DNA of 63,197 nt, filler included, from Reticulomyxa filosa (GCA_000512085.1; 21 parts of 21 records of this genome joined end to end with filler, not necessarily neighbours in it), one strand, 5' to 3'; numbered from the whole stretch's first letter, positions 23,678-38,200 are shown. The notes: generated by a model not told the origin, from the letters alone. Program-made: numbers and translations.

Positions 23678-24851
23678 TCATTTAACGTATTTCATAATAA
23701 TTTTATCAAAATCACCGATCCATCCTAATTTTATTTCTGAAGTTTGAATCCAATATTCAATAATATATTGTATTTCATTTTTTGACTGTTCATTATTTAT
23801 CATTTATACATACAATACAATTTATTTGGTTTCATCAATAAATAAACAAATCATTACCAGCAGCGAAGAGTCAAATATACGGACGTTTGTCTTTATGTGA
23901 GTTGATACTGTTGTTTCTTTATCATCTCTTCCTCCAATGATGTGTATATAATTGTCTTCTTCACTTAATATTGCAACGCATTCACATAGTGGACTGGGTA
24001 AAGTGTTTTGAAATGTCATCCATTTGTTTTCTCGAATTGAATACTTGTGCACTGATTTTGAAACAACATTAGGATAACAATATCCACCAAAGAACAAGAT
24101 GACATCATTGATACGCATATATGCATAATAATTGAATGGTGCAATATCATCACAAACAAGTAATTGACGAAATTTGAAAGTGTTATTATCTTCGTCATAT
24201 TCAAATTGATAATCCTGTATTTTCACAAAACAACAGTATTTGATCATTTTTTTTAATTATTTCTTGTCCATTTTCTGACTTTGATACCAAGCAATGATAT
24301 AATATGCTATGCTTAGTTGGCAATTCATCATTTTTAATAAATTGAAATATATTTAAATCAAACACACTAATATCCTTTGAAGGATAAGTGATAAATAACA
24401 AATTATTCTTGACCCCACCAATCACTGCACGCACTCCATTATAATTATGATTTTCATTTTTTCCAATAATAATTCGATGATTGTGATTGTCTATGAAAGG
24501 AATCCATTGATTATAATGGCTTAATTCATTTGATTTGTTTGATGTATTACTCCAAACACTTACATATTTCATCATTAATGTGTGTTTAAAGAATCCACCA
24601 AAAGACAACAAAGTGATTTGATTTTTGTGCTTGTTGTTATCTACCAGTCTCAATACACAGTGTCCAATTAATTTAACATCACTTGGATACTCACAGATAA
24701 ACTTGTATTCGTTTTTGAGTGTATGATAAGAATAACAGGCTCTTTGTTCATAACCTCCACAAATGAGGAGTTCGTGTTTGTGTAACACACATTGAGATTG
24801 AGAAAGTGGAGTGAGCAACTCCTTCAAAGTTTGAAAGATTTGGTTGCTCAT
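23678..24851 (-). pseudogene. Kelch-like beta-propeller family gene with one frameshift (~24205; pseudogene or homopolymer error); terminal exon 23678-23785
   Basis: MSNQIFQTLKELLTPLSQSQCVLHKHELLICGG; repeated hhhhGG motifs (ITLLSFGG, AVIGG, ILFFGG, IHIIGG) with Y/W landmarks. Confidence 0.85.
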
Positions 24852-25223
24852 GTTATTAATGTTGACGAAATATGATGTTTAGATTTTTTAAAAGGGTGAA
24901 GTATATAAAAAAAGTCATCCTTTTAAAAGTAAAAAAAAATGTATGATTTGACTAGGTAAACAAGTATTATGATTTTGTTATAACAAAATTACAATATTGA
25001 TAAAGGTATGATTATAGTCGACAAGATTATTGAAAAGTGAGAATGTTTTAATACTATAAAGAAGTTTTCGGAACATTGAAATTTGACTATTTGTTATAAT
25101 ATATTCTTGATATATATGCTTGNNNNNNNNNNNNNNNNNNNNNNNNNNNNNNNNNNNNNNNNNNNNTTAATTAATTAANNNNNNNNNNNNNNNNNNNNNN
25201 NNNNNNNNNNNNNNNNNNNNNNC

Positions 25224-25346
25224 GAGCACTATCATCACGACTACTATGCCCGCAACCAGAACGCCGGTTACTGCCAGGCCGTGATCGCCCCCAAGCTGCA
25301 CAAACTGTATCGTCACCTGCCCGCTTTGCTGAAAAACCGGGCCTAA
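25224..25346 (+). CDS. msrA: Peptide methionine sulfoxide reductase A, C-terminal fragment (bacterial)
   Basis: EHYHHDYYARNQNAGYCQAVIAPKLHKL matches the MsrA AExYHQxY..N...GYC..VI.PK motif. Lies on the GC-rich contig. Confidence 0.88.
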   Translation, partial: EHYHHDYYARNQNAGYCQAVIAPKLHKLYRHLPALLKNRA

Positions 25347-25388
25347 CGTGCCACCAGGCGGCATGGCCACTACAGTCATGCCGCCCGG

Positions 25389-26897
25389 ATGCGTTACAAT
25401 TGCCGTCCCCTGACACCTGCCGCCACGGCCACCATGCGCGCCCGCGACTCCCTTCCTGCCAGTACCGGCCTGTTCCGCTTCCGCCAATGGCCCCAGATGG
25501 TCCGTGAGCTGCCATGGCGTGTCCGGGTCAGCTTTCTGCTGCTGTGGGCCTTGTTGTCGATTGCCATCCTGGTGGCCGCTATCCTGCTCACCGAAGAAAG
25601 CCGTCAGCAGCAATTTGATGCCACCACGCTGCACATCAAGAAAACGCTGGAAGAGCGTTTGCTGATTTGCGAAACCGCTGTCTACGGCTTTTCCGAGCTC
25701 TCTGCGGCCAACTACGGCATGGACAGGCAGCGTTTCCGGCAGTACGCCCAGGGTATCGGGTCGCGTTATCCGTATATCTACCTGATGGGCTTTTCAGCCC
25801 AAGGTAAGCCTGGCGGAGCGCGAAAATTTCGAAGCCTCGATCAGCTTCCAGCGCTACCAGCCCTTCTTCATCAAGGATTATCAAAGCGATAGTGATAACG
25901 GCTGGCTGGACAACCAGTTGTGGCGCCCCGCCACTGCCCGGCCTTTTTTATGTCCCCCTGATCAACGCCGAGCCTGCCGCCGCCAGCCGCTACGCCTTCA
26001 TGCAGGGCCTGGATATCCTGCAGGATCGTCTGCTGGGGCCGGCCGTGCAGCGTGCCATGCGCAGCACCGACATCGAAATTACCCGCCCTACCGCATGCGG
26101 GACGGCGGTCACGGCTTTGGCTTTGCAAGGCCATCTATGCGGAAGGCATTCCGCCGACCTCACCAGAAGAACGCATGGCCGCAGCCATCGGTATCATCAC
26201 CGTCGGCGTTCGTGCAGAAGCCTTGCTGGCCATGCAAGACAGCTCGATGCAACCTTATGGCATCGTTTGCTGCCCGCCACACCCGGCAGCCAGGTACCCG
26301 CCATCGTCCTGCAGCAATCGGCGGCCGATAGCGAACCGGCCGGCGCCATTGCCCGGCGGCTGTTTCCACCGCGGCAAAGCGAGCTATCGATCGAGCGCGA
26401 CTACTTCCCGTACAAATTATCGGTGTCGCGCCCCAGCTCCCCCGGCCACATTCCCTGGTATCTGTATGGCCTGGCTGCTGGCGCCTCGGCACTGATCAAT
26501 GCGCTGCTGCTGCTGATTGCGGCCTCGCAACACAATGAACGCATGCAACGCGACCGTTATCACGACGCGCTGAACCGCGAGCGGCAACAGGCAATGATTA
26601 CCCTGGAAAGCATCGACGACGCCGTACTGGTGACCAACCGTGAGCTGCAGGTGGAATACCTGAACCCCAAGGCGGCGTTGCTACTGAACACCCATGGCCC
26701 CAGCGCCGTCGGCTGCCAGCTGAGCGAACTGTGGCAACTGCGCTTTGACCTGGCGCGCGAAGCGGTGCTGGACCCGTTGCAAACCTGCCTGCGTAGCGGC
26801 CAACAGGTGACGCTGCCGGAGAACGCCTACATCGAACAAGGCGGCAAGGTGTTTTACGTGGAAGGCACGATTTCGCCGCTACCGGACCAGGGCGGTG
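25389..26897 (+). CDS. Bacterial CHASE-TM-PAS sensor (probably diguanylate cyclase/phosphodiesterase or kinase), several frameshifts, 3' truncated
   Basis: N-terminal TM; CHASE-like segments DRQRFRQYA and GLDILQDRLLGPAVQRAM; second TM WYLYGLAAGASALINALLLL; PAS entry ITLESIDDAVLVTNRELQVEYLNPKA. Confidence 0.8.
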
Positions 26898-27542
26898 NNN
26901 NNNNNNNNNNNNNNNNNNNNNNNNNNNNNNNNNNNNNNNNNTTAATTAATTAANNNNNNNNNNNNNNNNNNNNNNNNNNNNNNNNNNNNNNNNNNNNAAC
27001 TATTTTTTCCTTATCTAAATGTACCGTTTTAAACTTTAATCCATTTTGGCAAAGTCAGCCATACGTAGAATCAACTTTTACTCGATACAGTTGAGATTTC
27101 AAAAGATACACCAAAAACCACTTTGGTAGAACTCGGAAAGCTAAAAATGGAGTGCTTAGCCATTGTGACAAATTGCAATAGTATTACAATCGGACTGTTA
27201 GTAAACTTTTTTTTTTTTTTATGATAATTGCCGTCATTTTTTGTTACAAATTTAATGATTGTGATTGCATATGAAAGTAGTTTATTATATTATGTTTTGT
27301 TTTATTTTTTTGTTGTCGCTACATATTTTATTATTATCGTATTACCAAAAGACCTCGAAATGCATTTTTTTTTTGTTGTCTGTCAAAGTTTGCCTTTCAT
27401 GAGATTTTTGTGTTGTAATTAGATATCATGCTGTTAATGTTTAGTAGTTTTAACTTTCTTCTAAAAAAAAGGTGGTGAACAGCCTTTTGAAAAATGAAAA
27501 AGCAAAATTCAAGAGTTGAATGAATATCTTTTTTTGTTTGCG

Positions 27543-27869
27543 GATGCATAGAACAAATCACAGACTATCTTTTTTCTATGCAGTTTCACACTTCTCAGTT
27601 ACCAACCACTTGACCAATCTCATCCCTTTGTAAACTTATCACAGTGCTTCCCCACAATTTTTACTTTTTTATGTTTATTGTGCGTTAAATACTTTAATAT
27701 TAGTCAGTGTAATTCATTTCAAACTTTTTTGTTTGGTAAGATAGTTTTTTAAACATTAAATTTTTCAAACCTCTGAGGAAAAAGAAAAATAAAAAACTTT
27801 TCAAATAAATGCAAGAGATAAGATAGTACAGCATAGAGGAAAGAGAGTCTGTGATTTGTTCTATGTATC
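27543..27869. repeat. 42-bp imperfect inverted repeat pair (27543-27584 / 27828-27869), MITE-like
   Basis: GATGCATAGAACAAATCACAGACTATCTTTTTTCTATGCAGT versus the reverse complement of the second arm, GATACATAGAACAAATCACAGACTCTCTTTCCTCTATGCTGT: 5 mismatches. Confidence 0.7.
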
Positions 27870-28560
27870 TACAAAATTATTTTTACATTAGCTCTTTTCA
27901 ATAAAGATATACAAGTCAAATACTAAAAAATCCCTTTTTTTTGTATGATTTTTTTTGCAAATTACTGTATTATCTCAAAAACAAAGTTTTGATCGGCTAG
28001 TTTTTGCTTTTCAAAAATCCATCAGCACAAGTAACTTTGTTCACATGTTAGACTGCTGCCATTTTTTCAAATGCAGTCTTTTATTGATAGATGCTAAAAA
28101 AATTGGAGTATTTTTTACAATTTCAACCAAAAGTAGATTGAAAAAAACCTTAAAAAAACAATCTTGATCTCTTAGATCGCTTTTGACACTTAACTACAGA
28201 GTTATCTATAATAGGGATACAAATTTATTGATTTCAAAAGACACAAGGATAATCTATAATAACAATTCGCAATTTGAAGTATTTTATAATTACCATTGAA
28301 ATACAATGTTCATTTTAAGCAACTTACCACTTTCAAGATTTTAATCCAAAGAAATTGATGGTGTGAATCACTTCTGCGGAAAGAAAACAAATAATCTGTG
28401 AGCTNNNNNNNNNNNNNNNNNNNNNNNNNNNNNNNNNNNNNNNNNNNNTTAATTAATTAANNNNNNNNNNNNNNNNNNNNNNNNNNNNNNNNNNNNNNNN
28501 NNNNGTTTGTGATGAAATAGAAAATATTAAAATTATAACAATGATAAATAGAATAAACTT

Positions 28561-30003
28561 TTGATTGAAATTGAAAAATTGAAGAAAGATACGAAAAGTA
28601 AAATGAAAACAATCCAAACAAAAGATGATGAAAATTCAAAAATGAAAGAAACAATTCAAAGACATTTGCAAATCATTCAACTCAAAGAGAAACAAGTATT
28701 GGAAAAAGAAGATGAAATTAAAAAGATGCAAAAACAATATCAACAAGAAAAAATGAAGATGAATTCTTGTATGGAAATAATCCAAACAAATTTTGTCGAA
28801 AAGGAAAAACAAACATTGATCCGTCACGAACAATTCATAAAAGAATTGAAAGAAAAGAATACTCAACTTGCACAAAATTATGAAAAGACTATTCAACAGA
28901 GCAATTGTAAACAAAAAGAAGAAATTCAATTTGCTAATCAGCATTCTTATTCCGTTATTAACTTTGATTTATTTCGTTCGGCTAAGTTACTAAAAACTTG
29001 TCGTGGACATACTTCTGTGGTATCAAGCATGGACTATTTATCATCCGATGATGGCCAATTCCTTTGCTCTGGATCGTTAGACCAAACAGTTCGTGTGTGG
29101 GACATGAATACATCCAAACAGCTCAAGATTTTCAATGGGCATTTTGGATATGTGTGGTGTGTAAAATTTTCACCAAATCATTATTACGACAATGGTCGTT
29201 TAACCATTTGCTCTGCATCAAGTGATAAAACTATTCGATTTTGGGATTTCGAAACTGAAAAATCAATTCAAATACTGACTGGACATGCTGATGCAATTAA
29301 TTGCATTCAATTTTCACCATTTAATTATGGCCGATATTTATGCTCTGGATCGGCTGATGATACAATTTGTCTATGGGATGTTAGATCATGTACATTGCTA
29401 CATAGTTTCAAAGGACATACAGACAACGTCTTGTGTGTGGACTTTTCATCGCTGCAAAGCAGTGATGCAAGTGCTGGTGTTGAAACTATTGGTGGTAATG
29501 GATATACAATTTGTTCTGGATCAAGTGATAATACTGTTCGTTTATGGGATGTTGAAACAGCAAAAGAATTGACTGCTTTCAAAGGACATGAAGATATAGT
29601 ATGGAGTGTCAAATACTCACAATATGGATCAGGTATTAGTGGGAATATAATATGTTCTGGATCATGGGATAAAACAGCTCGTTTATGGGATGTTCGATCG
29701 AAAAGACAAATTCAAGTGTTTAATAGACATAAGCATGCTGTCACTTGTATTGATTGTTTGTCGCCTATAAATAATAGCGACAATAAAATTGAAACTGGTG
29801 GCTCAAATATAATATGCTCTGGATCATTTGATAATACAATTCAATTTTGGGATATTCGGACATGTAAACAGCTTCACACAATCAAAGGACGTAAACATGA
29901 TCGTAGAGTGGTATGTCTTCAGCTTCTTTCCATGAAAAATAAGAATTACAATAGTCTACTATGTTATGGATCAACTAGTGGTGTTATACGTGTGTGGGGA
30001 TAG
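28561..30003 (+). CDS. Coiled-coil + WD40 repeat protein (lineage-expanded family), 5' partial
   Basis: About seven GH...CSGSxDxTIxxWD repeats, the family insert IGGNGYTICSGS, and an N-terminal K/E/Q coiled coil. Confidence 0.92.
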   Translation: MIEIEKLKKDTKSKMKTIQTKDDENSKMKETIQRHLQIIQLKEKQVLEKEDEIKKMQKQYQQEKMKMNSCMEIIQTNFVEKEKQTLIRHEQFIKELKEKNTQLAQNYEKTIQQSNCKQKEEIQFANQHSYSVINFDLFRSAKLLKTCRGHTSVVSSMDYLSSDDGQFLCSGSLDQTVRVWDMNTSKQLKIFNGHFGYVWCVKFSPNHYYDNGRLTICSASSDKTIRFWDFETEKSIQILTGHADAINCIQFSPFNYGRYLCSGSADDTICLWDVRSCTLLHSFKGHTDNVLCVDFSSLQSSDASAGVETIGGNGYTICSGSSDNTVRLWDVETAKELTAFKGHEDIVWSVKYSQYGSGISGNIICSGSWDKTARLWDVRSKRQIQVFNRHKHAVTCIDCLSPINNSDNKIETGGSNIICSGSFDNTIQFWDIRTCKQLHTIKGRKHDRRVVCLQLLSMKNKNYNSLLCYGSTSGVIRVWG

Positions 30004-30625
30004 GCTTAATTCCTCAAAGTTGTTTTTTTTTACTTTTAGTTATAACATGGGGTGTACAATAATAGTATTCATCTTCACCATTTGCTTTTGCATTCCAAAC
30101 AATCTGCTCTTCATACATTTTCTCAAACACAAGGATATCCAAAAAGTTCAAAGTTTGTTTTTTTCCCAAGTCAAAACAGCACAGAGACTGTACTCAAATT
30201 TCATCAATATACTTGGTGATAAATGAGCTTCAAAAAAGAAAAGAACAACAATAAGAAAAAGAGATGAAAGTAACAATTCAAATTGGCTCCGGATTTTGGG
30301 TATTAAATTGATATAGGTAAGTGACTCGACAAACTTACCACTGGAGTAGCAGACACCATCTCAAGTGTTTAAGCAACAATGTTAACTTGTTTTAATTGCT
30401 AATGATTTTTTGTAGGACAAATGCAATAATTGAATACATGAATGATATAGTATATTCAAGTGTTGTCATTGCATGGGATACACTTGCCAACAAAAAAAGA
30501 GCAACAAAGTTAAAAAATTTCCTAGTATGTCCAACAAAAACATTTAGTTACAATTAATTAAAATATTGTCTTCTTTTTTTGGATCTTTTGTAAAAAGAAA
30601 CTCTCCAAAAGTGGTTTCATTTTTG

Positions 30626-32165
30626 TTATTCCCAAATATGAATAGAGCCTCCACTTGAACCGTAACACAAGTTCAAGCTACAGTCAGTATTCTTTACGTT
30701 TTCATTTTTCTTTTCTTTTCTTTTCAAAGCGACAATTTAAAACATGAAATTCCATTATCTTTCTCTTCCTCTCCTTTTATCGCATATAATTCCCTCTTAT
30801 TTGATCGAACATCCCAAAAACGAATTGTATTATCCTTCGATGCGGAACATATTATATTTGGGCGACTCTTAAACCAATTAAATAAATTATGTAACACAAG
30901 CTGAGAATATGCAACAGCAGATACATCACTTGTATGTCCATCAAATACTTGAGTTTGTTTACCAGATCGAATGTCCCACAAACGAACACTTTTATCTAAT
31001 GATCCAGATAATATTGTATTTGCGATATCACTTCCCGACTCATTTGGTCCATATTTTGTACTCCTCACAGAATCTTCATGTCCTTTGAAAACTGTCAATT
31101 GTTTTGTTTTTTCAATATCCCATATACGAATAGTATTATCCAATGATCCAGAACAAATAGTATATCCATTACCACCAATCATACCAATACTATTGCTTTT
31201 GTTATCACTTTGCAATGGTGAAAAATCCACACACCAAATACCTTCTGTGTGTCCTTTGAAAACATGTAACGATTTGGATGTCTCAATATCCCATAAACGA
31301 ATTGTACTGTCATATGATCCAGAGACTAAATATCGACCACCATTAAACGGTGATATTTCAATGCCCCAAACACCTTCTGTGTGTTCATTGAATAATTGCA
31401 ACTGTTGATTATCTTTGACATCCCAAAAGCAAATTGTATTATCATCTGATGAAGAACAAATAACATTTTGACGATTATTATGATAATGATATGATGAAAA
31501 TTTTACACAATACACAGAATCTGAATGTCCATTAAATGATTGAATTTGTTTGTTGTTATCAATATCCCATACACGAACTGTTTTATCATCTGATCCAGAA
31601 CAAATGAATTGACAATCATCAAATATTGAATAATCAATACTTCTCACCCAATCAGTATGTCCAGTGAATGTATTGATTAATTTAAAAGAACGTACCAATT
31701 CAAAATTGTAATTGAATGCTATGTTAATAATTGATGTTGATGAATTGTTATTCATAATATTTTCTTTTTTTTCTTCTTTATTTTCATTCATTTGTTTATT
31801 TTTTTCTTCAAAATTTTTTTGTTGTTCCATTATTTGTTTTTGTTTCACTTGCATTTCTTGTTTAATTTTTTGAATTTCATTATTTTTTGATTCAATATCT
31901 TTTTTTAATTTTTCCATTTCAACAAATGTTATTTTCTGTTTAATTATATTTTTTTTTTTTTTTTTTGCTTTTAATATTTTGAATAAACTGAAAACAAAAA
32001 ATAATAATAATAATAATAATAATAATAAACCTGAGCAGAGTTGAATTGTAGATTATCTTTTTGATATTGCTTCAAATATTCAATCTCTTCATCTTTTTTC
32101 TCTTTCAGTTGTAACTCCATTTTAAGTCTTTCATTTTCTATATTTAATTTTCTAATATCTTCCTA
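30626..32165 (-). CDS. Coiled-coil + WD40 repeat protein, 5' partial; 1-nt frameshift near 30735
   Basis: ORF 30724-31917 with WD repeats. The expected last blade LNLCYGSSGGSIHIWE* continues in another frame to 30626. A short upstream coiled-coil exon is present. Confidence 0.88.
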
Positions 32166-32341
32166 TTTGTATTTTTTTCAATATGGATATATACATTTAT
32201 ATATTGTTTTTGTTAAAATCATCAATAAATAATGATACCTGNNNNNNNNNNNNNNNNNNNNNNNNNNNNNNNNNNNNNNNNNNNNTTAATTAATTAANNN
32301 NNNNNNNNNNNNNNNNNNNNNNNNNNNNNNNNNNNNNNNNN

Positions 32342-34090
32342 TTACCCAAACAGCTTCCGATTTTATTTGCTGATGGTTCGTTTTGTCTTCTTTTATTTCT
32401 GGCTTTGCCGACTTCGAATACCTTTCTATTATACCATTACATTGTGCAGATAGTTGGACGGAAAAAAAAAAGCATGGACAGAGAGATATATATATATATA
32501 TATATATGGCAATCAAGATCTTAACTTTTGCATTCAGATTCCGCTTGGAGTGGTGAATGTTCGGAATACTCGATATCGATTTCTTCTTCCCACAGTTCGT
32601 TTTGCAAATAATTTTTTGCTTTGTCTCGTGACTTGATCAATCAAGTTATATATTGTATATATTATGTATATGTACAGTGTCCCAACAGAACTTGAACACA
32701 CCTCAGTATTAGAAAATTCGATTGTATGGCAACCGGGGAAATCAGAATGAGCGTGGACGTAGATGAACTCGCTGCCGAGAGGTTCTATCAACCATGAGCG
32801 AATATAGTCATGTCTATCCACGTACGACGGGACATTATAAACAGTGAGACAAATGGGTGGTTTAATATGTCTCTTCGTGCATTTAAATGATTTGCATTGT
32901 CGCGGGGAGTTGAAGTTGGTGCAAAAAATTCCTTCATCTTGCTCATTCGTGAGAGTGTTCTTGTCCATAACATGCACAAAGGGACAAGAGGCTAAAGATG
33001 GACATTTTTTGTTTTTCTCCCAAGAAAAACACTTGGTGATTCTTTTCTGCTCTGCAGTGAGCTGTACATGTGTGTGTGTGCAGTTGAAGGAACAGCCCTT
33101 GGTGTTGAAGTTCCAACACAAGCCTGGCGGAAATGGCTTGTAATAAGCTTGATCTGGCACCATCTTATCTGTTTGAGTGTGTAGGAACGAGCAATTGTTG
33201 CCTTTCCGGCATCCTTGAGGAGTGTGATAGTGATAGCATATCTTATCGTCTTTGTTCTCGTCAAACGTAACTGTTATTCCTACTTTGACTATTTTTCATA
33301 AATTCAATTTTTTTTTTATTTTTTTTTTTGTTAAAAAAAAAAAAAAGTAAAACTGAGAGAGGCAAGAATCTGCTTTGGGGAGGTGTGATCCATGAAGGGA
33401 TTATCCTTCGTGGATGGCCCAGTGTTTATTAACGACTCAAGATGCTTTTCGATGGTTTGACGAGTCTAGTTCAACCAGCAACAACAGAAAACATATACAT
33501 ATATTTATGTATATGTATGTGCATATATACATATATATATATATTTATTTATTTATTTATTTATTTATGTAAAGAGATTTGTACTTTTTCGTTGATGACT
33601 TCAATGGTAAGACACTTGGTGTAATTTCCATAGCTGTGGACAAAGTATGCAGGAACTCGCCTCGGAAATATACGTCCAACGAATGTTCGGAGCTTATGAA
33701 AATTATTGATTGTGTTCGGAGGATTCCAAATTGTCAAAAATTTGGTGTCTGTCGCATGGCGCATGTCACAGTTGTTTCCGTTCGGACATCCTTGTGGACT
33801 GTTGAAATTTCGACATAGTTGTCTCTTCTTCTGTTTTTTTTTTACTGCAATCTGATCATTAGTTTTCGAATGGATTAAGATCGCAAATTCTGCATCGAGT
33901 TTGTTCAAGGAATAATTGTCATTGTTCACTTGAATTATTATCTTTTTTGTTTGTTCATTTGTTTTAAAGATTGTTGCTTTTTTTCCCCCCTTCCATAAAA
34001 CGAAACTGGGGTATTTAAAGGAGCTGTTTCAATTTGTTCCATATGGTTTGCATCGAGTGTAAGCGAGTTATTTGGAGATTTCTTTTTCAT
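32342..34090 (-). CDS. Multi-CCCH zinc finger RNA-binding protein, multi-exon, 3' truncated
   Basis: CRNFNSPQGCPNGNNCDMRH, CYHYHTPQGCRKGNNCSFLH, CWNFNTKGCSFNCTHTH, CFSWEKNKKCPSLASCPFVH and CTNFNSPRQCKSFKCTKRH. Confidence 0.8.
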
Positions 34091-34416
34091 TTATTATTAT
34101 TATTTTTTTTTTTTTTTTTTTTTATTTAATTAAAAAAAAAATGAAATCAATAGTTGAATAAACTAACCCACACGTAATCCAGGGCCTTGAGAGGACGAGG
34201 ATTTTTTGGTTGAAAAGGGCTGCTTTTTTTCGCTGTTGTATGTCCTTTGTCTGCAAGAAACTTTTTTTTATACGTTTATCCACACAATTGTCAAATTTCG
34301 ATTTTTTTTTTTTTTTNNNNNNNNNNNNNNNNNNNNNNNNNNNNNNNNNNNNNNNNNNNNTTAATTAATTAANNNNNNNNNNNNNNNNNNNNNNNNNNNN
34401 NNNNNNNNNNNNNNNN

Positions 34417-34423
34417 TTATTAC

Positions 34424-34460
<37 letters not shown>

Positions 34461-35231
34461 TTGATTAATTGGTTTACTTGTATCCTCGTCCAATGTAGGT
34501 GGCAAATCGGGCTCACTTATTCTTACAATCGAAGACGGATCTGTTGGAGGGATTTTCGTTGGATCTGCGATTCCTTCATCATCATTGTTATTGTCGCCAT
34601 CTTTGTCATTTACTTCGGGCTTTGCTTTTGACTTGACTCGATCTTTTCCTTTTTCTTCGTTGCTGCTCTCATTCCCTTGTCCTTGTCCTTGTCCTTGTCC
34701 TTGTCCTTGACCTTGACCTTGATCCTTAGGCTTGATCTTCGGCTTGGGCGGCAACATGCTTGGCCCGATCTTGTCTCCTCCCACATTGTATGTCTTTCGA
34801 CGTGGTGGAGGCGGTGCTTTATCTGGGATCGATGACGATGACGATGACGATGATGATGATGATGATTTGTTGCCCGACAAATGTACTCGTGGCGATTCGA
34901 TCACTGTATGCCGAATCGCTGCTTGCTCGACTGACCTTTTCTTCTCCAATACCACCTCGCCGTCTGTCGCGCCCAACGAACGGTCCACCGAACGCGTTGG
35001 CTGTCTTGATCCTAGTCCGTTGTTACTGTTGCTACTACTGTTGTTGCTCATTGTTGGCGTTGGTGATGAACGGCTTGGTGGTGTCTTCGACGGTGAACTC
35101 TCCGCACCAGAACGTCGCGAAGTTGAGAGATTCGGAACATCATCTTTTCTATCTTCAGCTCCTGATTGATCATGCTTCCGACGAGGTCCGCGATAATTAG
35201 ACTGTCGACCTGCTGGTGGTGGCTTTGGCAT
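34417..35231 (-). CDS. Pro/Ser-rich low-complexity protein, 3' truncated
   Basis: Open frame of more than 270 codons with PPPPRR, (QG)n, poly-S and poly-N running into the contig end. Confidence 0.6.
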
Positions 35232-35450
35232 TTTGTTTCGCCCTCAACATTTTTCAGGAAAAAAAAAAAAAAAAAAACTTGTCCACGTTTGAAAGCTGTG
35301 CGATGGTGCATCACATAAAGCATAATTATTATATATTTTTATATTTATATACATATATATATATATATTATGTTTTAAAGTTTGTGAATTTTATTTCTTA
35401 ATTTAATTTTTTTAAAAAAAAAAAAAAAAAAAAAGGAAAAGTATAACGTA

Positions 35451-36053
35451 ATGCTTCGAAATGCAAATTCTCCAGCGTCACCGATATCCTCTGTGTCACA
35501 TCGTCCTTCCTCGAAATCGAAACACATAATCCCAGAAGGCTCTACCTTGGTTCATCCAGCAGCGGTGGTGATAGGTCCTCGAGGAGCAATATCATTGGTA
35601 CTATTGGTGCCGTTACTATTTTGTGTGATATATTTTTACCTGCTGTCAGACAGTCGGCACTTCAACACGCAGTTGAACGGGTCATTGGACTTTTTTGCGA
35701 ATGGGTCTCAAGCCAGGGGTGGTGTCAGACTGATTGATCCAAGAAACACAAATGATCGAATATATCGGTATCACCATAGTAACAAAAAGCCACCAAACAG
35801 AGTGATGAAAGGCAATAACAATAACAATAACAATAACAATAGTAATGATGTAAACAAATGGAAACAAGCAGAGTCATCAAAAACTTTCAACAAAATCAAC
35901 ACAAAAGAATAACAATTCCTAATGTCTTTTCACAACGTCGAATGAGGAACGTTACAAAACAAGAACAAACAGAAGAAGAAAGAGATGATGATAATGATAA
36001 TGATAATGGAAATGATAATGATAATGATAATGATAATGATAATGATAATGATA
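35451..36053 (+). CDS. Type II membrane protein N-terminus (low-complexity stem), 3' truncated, probable frameshift ~35880
   Basis: TM AISLVLLVPLLFCVIYFYLL, followed by poly-N and (DN)n up to the contig end. Confidence 0.5.
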
Positions 36054-36827
36054 NNNNNNNNNNNNNNNNNNNNNNNNNNNNNNNNNNNNNNNNNNNNTTA
36101 ATTAATTAANNNNNNNNNNNNNNNNNNNNNNNNNNNNNNNNNNNNNNNNNNNNTCAAAAAATTGTTTAAAGTTTGAGGAGTCATTTTGACTAGACAAAGG
36201 GGTACTACGAAAATATTACTATCTGCGAATATAAACGATAACTAACAACAATAAGAAAAAGAGACAGAGAAAGTGCGAAGTAAGTTTGGATAAAAGAGTT
36301 CCCTCCCTAATCAATAGTTTTGTCATACAAAAGCTAAAATTTCGTCACTAAAAAAATATAATAATTCAAAGGATGTGTCGAATGATACTTGTCAAAAAAA
36401 AAAATTTAACTACTTAGTTCAAAAATTATGATAAGTATTTTGAATAGCCAATGGATTAAACTAATCTTTCTTTTTTTGTGAGCCATTTAACACACATTAA
36501 TGTACTGTTCAACAAAAGCCGGAAATGTGTTTTGTGATTAATTTTATTTTCCAGTTTGTTCAAGTGGTTTAGCTTTGAGAAAACTACAACGATTCCAAAG
36601 GAAATAAACAAACAATATGCTTGATATTTTTTGTGAGTTTTTCGATCAACTTTTTTCGTGCTCCTTCACAATCACAACCGTTGATATCTCTGAAATACAC
36701 TGCCAAGGAAGAAAAAAAGTTGAATATAAATTAGTGCAGTTAAAAACTTTTATAAATTTTTTATTTGAAAGAATTTGTAAGCAAGTATTATGGCTTGGAA
36801 GAAGTATTGAAGTAAACAAAATTGAAC

Positions 36828-38200
<1,373 letters not shown>

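Noticed and set aside
35985-36053. Simple repeats at contig ends ((GATAAT)n, (ATT)n, (AGTAAA)n, (GAT)n) as telomeres
   Set aside because: The units differ between ends and most are in frame in low-complexity coding regions. They are assembly break points.
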